A DNA stretch of 64,000 nt. Origin: a virus. The notes under the pieces were generated by a model that ran no database searches, was not told the origin of the DNA, and saw only the letters and a list, made by a program, of their open reading frames with translations. The stretch covers positions 9,854 to 73,853 of the IMG/VR virus record IMGVR_UViG_3300033183_000058; one strand, given 5' to 3'. Positions 53,580 to 61,838 of this stretch are shown piece by piece (position 1 is the first letter of the stretch; every line of letters begins with the position of its first letter). Both the position numbers and the translations under genes were made by a program.

Positions 53580-56500
53580 ATGGCTCAAGGGCGAATTTCT
53601 GGTAGACTCTTGCGAGATGACCTTGCGAGAGATGACAACTTAACATTTGATACAAATACCCTAGTAGTTGATTACGGCAACTCTAAAGTTGGTATTGGCA
53701 CGGTATCACCATCAGACATCCTCACAGTATCAGGCAACGCTACGCTTGGTAACATACAAGTTTCAAACAATCAAATAATTTCAGTCAATGCCAATGCACA
53801 TATTGTGTTAAATCCAAATGGCACTGGTAACATTGACGTATCGTCAACAACTATAAACAATTTATCAGATCCAACACAAGCACAAGATGCGGCCACTAAA
53901 GCCTATGTAGATTCACAAATGGCAAGCTCAATTGGCAACAGTATTGACTTAGGCACAGCAACAGACGGAAATATAATAGATGGTGCTTATCTAGGCTGGA
54001 CTACATCAACAAAAGTAACAGATGCTATTGATGACCTAAACGAAGTAATGCTTAATGTTTACAATGATACTTTTGTAAGTTCAGTAGACTTTACAGCAGA
54101 TGTAACATCAGGTGGTGCAGGCACTACAGTTACACTGACAATTACACACGTTGGCAATGCTAACAGATATGACATTACCTGGGGAGATGGTGACACAACC
54201 ACAGGCACAATAGACACAACACCAAGTCATACTTACAACACAAACGTAGGCTCTCCATTTGATGTAACAGTGAGAGCATACAACAACAGTGGAACTGGAT
54301 CAGGTTCTGAAGCAAGTAAAACTAGAGAAGACTATATCACAATCTACACAGCAGACCCTGTGGTATCATTTGCAATATATGCGGCCGCAAGCGGGGGGAG
54401 TGCGTTAAACTATTGGGACGATGGCAACACAGTCTACTTAGAAAATACAACAACAAACATTGGCGGTGCGACAATTCAATATACGATTGATTGGGGCGAT
54501 GGATCAAGCGATGATGTTATCACAGATGACACTGCCGCAGGTGGATCACAAGGTGCAAGACTGGCACATACATTTACAACATCAACAGAACAAGAACAAC
54601 AAAGAACAGTTACAGTTACACTAGACAGTCACTCAACTGCCACACCAGGTGTAACACCAACAAGTAATTCAGATGTAGTTGAGATATATGACACCCATAC
54701 ACCAACGGTTACATTAAACGATAATTCAGGCGTTAATGAAGAAGCAACGTCAGGGCACGTTGTAACATTTACTAACACAACAGAATCAACAATTGGTAGT
54801 TATGCAACATATGGTATCCAATATCAATACCAATGGGGTGACGGAACATCATCAACAACAGTTAACGTAGGTTCAGGTGCCGCAGGTGATACTGGTGGAA
54901 CCATACAACATACATTTGCTTTAAGTTCAGGTGATCAAGCATCGGGCACTGCCCGAGACTACACAGGTAACATCAGAGTAATTAGTAATCACACAAGCTC
55001 ACCTTTTATTAGTTCAGACTTTACAGTTCACGTTGAGCCAGACGTTCGTGCTATTGTAGCAGGAACAGCAAAAACAACAAGTGATAGAACAGGTGACAAT
55101 CAGTATGATATCTATGACTACACAACCTATGACGGAAATGATCTAGCCATAGTTCAAATAACCAACACATCACAGAACGCAGACGACTACGTTTATAACT
55201 TTGCTGATGGCACAGGCAATATTGCTGTTACAGAAGATGGGTCTAGTGATGGATCATTGGGTAACATTTTAGAACACGACTTTGGTGGACAGTCAACAGG
55301 CTCATATAACCTAACATTTACTGCCAACGGCACACCAGACTTAACAGCACAGACTGATCAAGATACTGGTATTACATTTACAATGAATGCCACACCAAGT
55401 GCACCTAGCAACTTATCCGCATTCACATTGACATTGGCAGATAGTTACCAAGGCACAAGTCCAAAACTGTGTGCTAGTTTTGATGATAACTCAGCAACAA
55501 CACCTATATCAGCAGGCACTGCATTAACGTCTACAACAGCACGTAGATACACAAGTGGAACAATTGATACCCAAGTTATTAATAATGCGTATGACGGCAC
55601 TACAGGCACCCTTACAGCGAACATTAACGGTAGTGATGCGGGTAACACAACATTCTCAACATCATTAAATGAGACAGGAACATTTACAAGCCTAGTTGTT
55701 AGCCAACAAGGTGACGCACACAACACAATTAGTTCGTTAACATATCCAACAGGATTCTATCAAACATTTGATGCTAAGATTACACAGGCACTGACAAGTT
55801 ACACAGTTGGCCTAAATGATCAAAGATTAGAACATTCAACAACAGGTAACACTAACTATGTTTCTGTTGTCTATGATGATGTTACATCAGCACCAACGAT
55901 ATCATCAAATGGCACTCTAGTAGAAGGCACAGCAGGAACTAAGAGATACATTTCAGGCATACCTTATTATAACTCAGGTAGCCCAACAGTATTATTAACA
56001 GGTGTCCAAGTTTCAAACTTGACTGGGCAGGCATATACAGATGTTACAAACATTGTAGAAGTTGACAACGGCACTAACCAAGAAGGAACATCATTAGCAG
56101 GAACTATAAACACAGATTATACATATTCAGCTATTGATGGTTCAGTGACAATGTTATCAAGTGGTATTCCAATAGCAGACACAGGTGTTGCTAGTGCTTA
56201 CACACTAGGTAACTTAGAAGTTGGCATTACAACATCTTCAGTGAGAACAATTGACAGAGTTAAAGTTCGTGCTAGAAACTGTAACGGTGCTGGTAGTTAT
56301 TCAGAAAACACAACAAACATTCAAGTTCATAAATCAGCACAGTCAGGCATTTCAGAAATTGCTATTGCTGTTGCTGACGCACTGGGTGCTACTTATGATG
56401 ACGATGGTATACGTATTGCAGACTTTTTAAGTGAAACAACAGACACACCAAGTTATACAGGATCAACAAACTTTTATACAAACGATCCATACAGTGAATC

Positions 56501-57014
56501 AAGTGATCCGGGTGTAGCAGGAACTAGAGAAGCGACTATTAGATTAGGTGTTCTCAAACACGACACAACAGATTACTCTACTGGCTACTTACCAGTAGGC
56601 CCAGATAGATCAAGTGACACAGGCACACAATACTTTACATTTGCATTCCGTAGAAGTAACATGGCTAACTTTGATATCAACATTACATCAACAGGTATTG
56701 CTGGTTTATGGATAGCGGCGCCGGGCACTGCTATTGATTCAGCATCAGGACTGAACGGTTGGTTAAGAGCAGATACTACCTACGGTGGTTCAGGTGTTCC
56801 AGGTTCAGACACAGGTAATGGTGGTAACGGATCTGACGGATGTGCATTTACATCAGGTGATAGAATAGCAACATCAACAAGTTTATCAGGGGGTTACACA
56901 ATGACGTTAGGAACAGAGAATGGTTCCAACGCAACAGGTAACGTTGTATTAGTTCGCATAGCATTGACTAGTGGTCAGAGTGTTACTGCGTTATCAGTAG
57001 GAGTGGCGAGCTAA
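53580..57014 (+). CDS. PKD-domain-containing fibre/adhesin-like virion protein
   Basis: Four PKD-like motifs (YDITWGDG, YTIDWGDG, YQYQWGDG, YVYNFADG); QDAATKAYVD trimer motif; Thr/Ser-rich. Confidence 0.75.
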   Translation: MAQGRISGRLLRDDLARDDNLTFDTNTLVVDYGNSKVGIGTVSPSDILTVSGNATLGNIQVSNNQIISVNANAHIVLNPNGTGNIDVSSTTINNLSDPTQAQDAATKAYVDSQMASSIGNSIDLGTATDGNIIDGAYLGWTTSTKVTDAIDDLNEVMLNVYNDTFVSSVDFTADVTSGGAGTTVTLTITHVGNANRYDITWGDGDTTTGTIDTTPSHTYNTNVGSPFDVTVRAYNNSGTGSGSEASKTREDYITIYTADPVVSFAIYAAASGGSALNYWDDGNTVYLENTTTNIGGATIQYTIDWGDGSSDDVITDDTAAGGSQGARLAHTFTTSTEQEQQRTVTVTLDSHSTATPGVTPTSNSDVVEIYDTHTPTVTLNDNSGVNEEATSGHVVTFTNTTESTIGSYATYGIQYQYQWGDGTSSTTVNVGSGAAGDTGGTIQHTFALSSGDQASGTARDYTGNIRVISNHTSSPFISSDFTVHVEPDVRAIVAGTAKTTSDRTGDNQYDIYDYTTYDGNDLAIVQITNTSQNADDYVYNFADGTGNIAVTEDGSSDGSLGNILEHDFGGQSTGSYNLTFTANGTPDLTAQTDQDTGITFTMNATPSAPSNLSAFTLTLADSYQGTSPKLCASFDDNSATTPISAGTALTSTTARRYTSGTIDTQVINNAYDGTTGTLTANINGSDAGNTTFSTSLNETGTFTSLVVSQQGDAHNTISSLTYPTGFYQTFDAKITQALTSYTVGLNDQRLEHSTTGNTNYVSVVYDDVTSAPTISSNGTLVEGTAGTKRYISGIPYYNSGSPTVLLTGVQVSNLTGQAYTDVTNIVEVDNGTNQEGTSLAGTINTDYTYSAIDGSVTMLSSGIPIADTGVASAYTLGNLEVGITTSSVRTIDRVKVRARNCNGAGSYSENTTNIQVHKSAQSGISEIAIAVADALGATYDDDGIRIADFLSETTDTPSYTGSTNFYTNDPYSESSDPGVAGTREATIRLGVLKHDTTDYSTGYLPVGPDRSSDTGTQYFTFAFRRSNMANFDINITSTGIAGLWIAAPGTAIDSASGLNGWLRADTTYGGSGVPGSDTGNGGNGSDGCAFTSGDRIATSTSLSGGYTMTLGTENGSNATGNVVLVRIALTSGQSVTALSVGVAS

Positions 57015-58204
57015 TGGCAATTTCAGATACCCAGAAGGTTGATTATCTTTGGAAGAAACTAGGTTACGGTGCTACTAAAACTGATACCAATGCCAACAAG
57101 TTTGCTCCTAACGAAGCGATTGCTTCTCCGTTAATCTTACGTGGCGACAAAGTTTGGCAACAAGCAGGTAATATTCCAACAGTTCAACCAGGTTCATCAT
57201 CAGGTGTTGTCACTGTATACCCAACATCAGCACCACAGGAATGCACAGAAGATATTACAGCAACATCAAATAGATCTTGGAAAACAGGAGTAACAGATTG
57301 GATTCCGCCGGAGATTGGTTCAACATATCAAGCAAAAGTTTATATAGCAACATCAAGTGATGCAGGTAATGCGTCGAGTGGTGACCAAGTATTTGCCACA
57401 GGTTCAGGTAATGATGACGAATGGTTCTTTGACTATCAATCAGGCGTTCTACATTTTATTGGAACTAATTTACCCAATGGTGTTAGTTTTACAGGTAAGA
57501 GTGTTTATGTAGCAGGTGCAAGATACACAGGCACATTTGGTGTTGGTTCATCAGGAGGAGGTATAGGCAACCTTGAAATTAATGATACCACGATCACATC
57601 AGCAACGGCCAGTGATGACATCACTATAGATGCTGAGTCTGGAACATTTATAATATCTGGAACGACTGGGTTTGTCATACCAGTTGGTAATACAGCACAG
57701 CGAGATGGTTCACCTGACACAGGCTTAGCAAGATATAATTCAGAAACAGGTTACGTTGAAATCTACACAGGGTCTGGGTGGGACTCGATAGGTGATTATT
57801 CTCCAACAGTAGAATCATTTGACGGTGACAACTCAACAACACAATTCACAATGTCAGAATCGTCAACAACTGATGGAACATTTGTTGACATCAATGGTGT
57901 TGTTCAACTTGGCGGAACTGCTTATACAGTTGCAGGTAATGTTGTAACATTTACATCAGCACCAGCAAGTGGTGATAAAGTCACAGTTAGATTCACAACA
58001 AGAACATTAGGTAGTTCAGTAGGCTCGTATGTTAAAACAACAGCAACCACAGTCAGCGGACTACCATCAGCATCCACAGCAGGAGTAGGAGCCAGAGCAT
58101 TCGTAACTGATGCAACAGCAACCACATTTGCCTCAACAGTCTCAGGCGGTGGTGCTAACAAAGTGCCAGTATATTCAGATGGCACTAACTGGAAAATAGG
58201 CTAA
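57014..58204 (+). CDS. Virion structural/fibre protein
   Basis: WFFDYQSGVLHF; PVGNTAQR..G.ARYN; FDGDNSTTQF modules. Confidence 0.7.
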   Translation: MAISDTQKVDYLWKKLGYGATKTDTNANKFAPNEAIASPLILRGDKVWQQAGNIPTVQPGSSSGVVTVYPTSAPQECTEDITATSNRSWKTGVTDWIPPEIGSTYQAKVYIATSSDAGNASSGDQVFATGSGNDDEWFFDYQSGVLHFIGTNLPNGVSFTGKSVYVAGARYTGTFGVGSSGGGIGNLEINDTTITSATASDDITIDAESGTFIISGTTGFVIPVGNTAQRDGSPDTGLARYNSETGYVEIYTGSGWDSIGDYSPTVESFDGDNSTTQFTMSESSTTDGTFVDINGVVQLGGTAYTVAGNVVTFTSAPASGDKVTVRFTTRTLGSSVGSYVKTTATTVSGLPSASTAGVGARAFVTDATATTFASTVSGGGANKVPVYSDGTNWKIG

Positions 58205-58369
58205 ATTAACTACGTAGTTTATCCAATAATATTAGCAGTTTATACACTGACCTAACAGGTCAATATACACAGAATCGCATAAATATTGCTAATAGCGGGG
58301 AACAAAGACCGCTATCTAACGTTAGATAGGGGGTAGCTCCTCTAAAATCATTTTAGAAGGAAAAAGAAA

Positions 58370-61267
58370 ATGGCAGTCACAAGGATTAAGAATAACCAGA
58401 TTACGGACACCACTATCACTGGTGGTAAGCTGGTTAACAATACTATTACTGCTGGTAAGTTGGAAAACAACATGACTTATGGTTCTAACCTGACGATCAC
58501 AGGTAACCTTACAGTCAATGGTGCAACTACAACTGTTTCAACAACAAACACCACTGTTGAAGATACCATAATGGTATTGAACAGTGATGCGTCAGGTTCT
58601 AACACAACTGACATTGGTATTTACGGTGAACGTGGAACTGATGCTTCAGTGTTCATGGGTTGGGACGAGTCAGCAGATCAGTTTGCGTTAGTTGAAACAT
58701 CATCAGCAGGCACAGACACAGCGATGACAATCACTGACTATGCTCCATTGAGATTGGGTGCATTAACAGCAGACGACACTGTGACAGCAACAGGTAACGT
58801 AACTGGTGGTAACTTACTAACAGGTGGTTTAATTGATGCAACTGGCAACATTGACGGTGCTAACCTAAACACAGGCGGTCTAGTATCAGCAACTGGTAAC
58901 GTAACTGGCGGTAACTTGGTAACAGGTGGTTTAGCATCAGTAACTGGTAACGTAACTGGCGGTAACTTGGTAACAGGTGGTTTAGCATCAGTAACTGGTA
59001 ACATCACAGGTGGTAACTTAATCACTGGCGGTTTAGCATCAGTAACTGGTAACATCACAGGTGGTAATTTACTGACAGGTGGCCTGATTGATGCTACAGG
59101 ATCAATTACTGCAGGCACAACAGTTACAGCAACAGGTAACATCACAGGTGGTAACGTAATCACAGCAGGTTTAACTTCAACAGGTGACTTAACAGTATTA
59201 GCGTCAGCAACTATTGAAATGAACGAAAACGTGATTGGTAACGTTGCAGATCCAGTAGCAGACCAAGATGCGGCAACAAAAGCCTATGTTGACTCACAGG
59301 TATCAACAGGTTTTGATATTACTGATGGCACAACAACACAAAACATCTCATCAGGTGACACATTAACATTTGCAGGCACGTCCAACGAAGTTACAGTCAC
59401 AGTTTCAGCAACTGATACATTAACAATTGGTTTACCAGATGACGTTGTTATTGCAGGTAACTTGACAGTTCAAGGTTCACAAACGGTATTGAACACTGCA
59501 ACACTACAAGTTGAAGATAAGAACATTGTTCTAGCAAACGGTGCGGCTGATTCAGCCGCGGCCAATGGTGCTGGTATCACAGTTAATGGCGCAAGTGCTA
59601 CTATTATATACACTCATGCAACAACATCATGGGATTTCAACAAACCAGTAAACGTGACAGGTGCATTTGATGCAACTGGTAACGTGACAGGTGGAAATAT
59701 CATCTCTGATGCATTAGTGTCAGGAACAAGTATTACAACAAGTGGCACTGTTGTAGCAACAGGTAACATCACTGGTGGCAACTTATTGACAGGTGGCTTA
59801 ATTGATGCTACAGGTTCAATCACAGCAGGCACAACAGTTACAGCAACAGGTAACGTTGCAGGCGGTAATTTAACCACAGCAGGACAGGTAGCGGCAACTG
59901 GTAACATCACAGGCGGTAATTTGATCACAGGCGGTATTGTTACAGCGACCGGCAACGTGAGCGGTGGTAATGTTACAACAGCAGGTGTTGTTACAGCAAC
60001 AGGTAATGTTACAGGTGGTAATTTAGTAACAGGTGGTCTTGCTTCAGTAACAGGCAACATCACAGGCGGTAACTTGTTAACCGGCGGATTAGTTTCAGCA
60101 ACAGGTAATGTTACTGGTGGTAACTTGACTACAGGTGGTGACGTAGATGCTACAGGTTCAGGCACATTCGGTAATGTTACAATTGACACAGACGACATCA
60201 CAACAGCAGGTGCAACATTAACAATCAACGAAGCAGGTGCTGACAAAGACTTCCGAGTTGAGTCAAACAACAATGCTAACATGTTGTTTGTTGACGGTGG
60301 TGCAGATCAAGTGATCGTTGGTGCAGGCTCAGGCACAACTGACGTATCATTTAAAGTTGCTACTACAGACTCAGTTATGATTGCAACTGGTAACACAGCA
60401 CAGCGTCCAGCGACAGGTGTTGTTGGTATGCTACGTTTCAACACCACAGCAGACTCACTTGAGCAATATTCAAGTGCGGACGGTTGGGAAACAGTTGGTG
60501 TTCCAGCGTTCACGGTTATTGCTTCAGAAACATTCAGCGGTGACAACTCAACAGTGGCATTTACACTGAGTGATTCACAGACGACAGCAAGTTGTATCGT
60601 GTCAATCAACGGTGTGGTTCAATTACCAACAACTGCTTATGGTGTGTCAGGAACGACATTGACGTTCACAGAAGCACCGTTATCAGGTGATACAATTGAA
60701 GTTCGTAAGATCACGACAACCACAACAGTTACTAACATCTCATCATCATCAGGTGGTGCAACTGTTGAAGCAAACAACGAGACAGAGATCGACATTAAGG
60801 GTAACTTGATGCCAGCGGCTGACGCAACTTACTCAATTGGTAATGCAACAGTAGGTTGGACAACAGTCTACGCTGAAGCAACTTCAGCACAATATGCTGA
60901 CTTGGCTGAGAAATATGAAGCAGACGCTGACTATGAACCAGGCACAGTTTTACACTTTGGTGGTGACAAAGAGGTTACAGAATGTGACCAAGATCACTGC
61001 ACGAAAGTGGCAGGTGTTGTTTCAACAAGCCCGGCTTACAGAATGAACGATGGTCTTGAAGCAGAACACACAGCAATGGTAGCATTAGTTGGTCGTGTTC
61101 CATGTAAGGTCCAAGGTCCAGTTGCTAAAGGTGACATCATGGTATCAGCAGGAAATGGTAAGGCGAGAGCTGAAGCAGATCCTAAAGTTGGTGCAGTCAT
61201 TGGTAAGGCTTTAGAAGACTTTAACGGTGAAGAAGGCGTGATCGAAGTAGTGATCGGCAAACACTAA
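58370..61267 (+). CDS. Tail fibre protein with TGN(V/I)TGGNL repeats and C-terminal putative chaperone domain
   Basis: Many 17-aa repeats; DAATKAYVD; C-terminal YADLAEKYEAD...GRVPCKV. Confidence 0.8.
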   Translation: MAVTRIKNNQITDTTITGGKLVNNTITAGKLENNMTYGSNLTITGNLTVNGATTTVSTTNTTVEDTIMVLNSDASGSNTTDIGIYGERGTDASVFMGWDESADQFALVETSSAGTDTAMTITDYAPLRLGALTADDTVTATGNVTGGNLLTGGLIDATGNIDGANLNTGGLVSATGNVTGGNLVTGGLASVTGNVTGGNLVTGGLASVTGNITGGNLITGGLASVTGNITGGNLLTGGLIDATGSITAGTTVTATGNITGGNVITAGLTSTGDLTVLASATIEMNENVIGNVADPVADQDAATKAYVDSQVSTGFDITDGTTTQNISSGDTLTFAGTSNEVTVTVSATDTLTIGLPDDVVIAGNLTVQGSQTVLNTATLQVEDKNIVLANGAADSAAANGAGITVNGASATIIYTHATTSWDFNKPVNVTGAFDATGNVTGGNIISDALVSGTSITTSGTVVATGNITGGNLLTGGLIDATGSITAGTTVTATGNVAGGNLTTAGQVAATGNITGGNLITGGIVTATGNVSGGNVTTAGVVTATGNVTGGNLVTGGLASVTGNITGGNLLTGGLVSATGNVTGGNLTTGGDVDATGSGTFGNVTIDTDDITTAGATLTINEAGADKDFRVESNNNANMLFVDGGADQVIVGAGSGTTDVSFKVATTDSVMIATGNTAQRPATGVVGMLRFNTTADSLEQYSSADGWETVGVPAFTVIASETFSGDNSTVAFTLSDSQTTASCIVSINGVVQLPTTAYGVSGTTLTFTEAPLSGDTIEVRKITTTTTVTNISSSSGGATVEANNETEIDIKGNLMPAADATYSIGNATVGWTTVYAEATSAQYADLAEKYEADADYEPGTVLHFGGDKEVTECDQDHCTKVAGVVSTSPAYRMNDGLEAEHTAMVALVGRVPCKVQGPVAKGDIMVSAGNGKARAEADPKVGAVIGKALEDFNGEEGVIEVVIGKH
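58891..59002 (+). repeat. Exact 51-nt tandem duplication within the fibre gene
   Basis: 58891-58941 is identical to 58942-58992, plus a 10-nt partial third copy. Confidence 0.9.
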
Positions 61268-61286
61268 TCGTTAAATTGGCTAGTGG

Positions 61287-61313
61287 AAAAAGGCACATTT
61301 TTGTGCCTTTTTT
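61287..61313 (+). terminator. Rho-independent terminator (possibly bidirectional)
   Basis: AAAAAGGCACA-TTTT-TGTGCCTTTTTT. Confidence 0.85.
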
Positions 61314-61357
61314 CTTGTCTGTTAATTGTGATAAATAGTTGTGGAGAATAGAAAGAT

Positions 61358-61828
61358 ATGGCAAAACAGACAATCAACATCGGAACAGCGGCCAACGACG
61401 GAACGGGTGATCCATTACGCACCTCGTTTGACAAGACAAACGACAACTTTGACGAGATATACCTCGCAGGTCCAGTTGGCACTAACATACGAATTCAATC
61501 AAACACAATCATCAGCACTGATGAAAACGGAAACATCACACTAGATCCAAACGGCACAGGTATTGTTACTATCAACAGTGACTTGGTCATATCAGGATCT
61601 GTCCGAGGTGATTCAAGTTCTGTTGTCCAGTTTGAGTCTGAGGTCGGAATACAGAATCTAGGTGCAGGCGGACAAGAGGCCATCACACTGGAAGATCCGA
61701 TCCGTTTGCCTAACTTAACAACAGCAGAGAGAGATGCACTAACAGCCGCCAATGGTTGGCTAATATATAACGCAACAACATCTAAGATACAGGCCTATGC
61801 AGGTGGTTCTTGGGTAGATTTACATTAA
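61358..61828 (+). CDS. Virion protein with T4 gp9/gp10-like N-terminus
   Basis: MAKQTINIGTAANDGTGDPLRTSFDKTNDNFDEIY; late promoter GATAAATA at 61330-61337. Confidence 0.75.
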   Translation: MAKQTINIGTAANDGTGDPLRTSFDKTNDNFDEIYLAGPVGTNIRIQSNTIISTDENGNITLDPNGTGIVTINSDLVISGSVRGDSSSVVQFESEVGIQNLGAGGQEAITLEDPIRLPNLTTAERDALTAANGWLIYNATTSKIQAYAGGSWVDLH

Positions 61829-61838
61829 GGAATACTCG

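Noticed and set aside
58780-60135. Possible CRISPR array or DGR template/variable repeat
   Set aside because: The repeats are in-frame coding units without unique spacers; differences are mostly synonymous rather than adenine-specific; no cas or reverse transcriptase gene in the window
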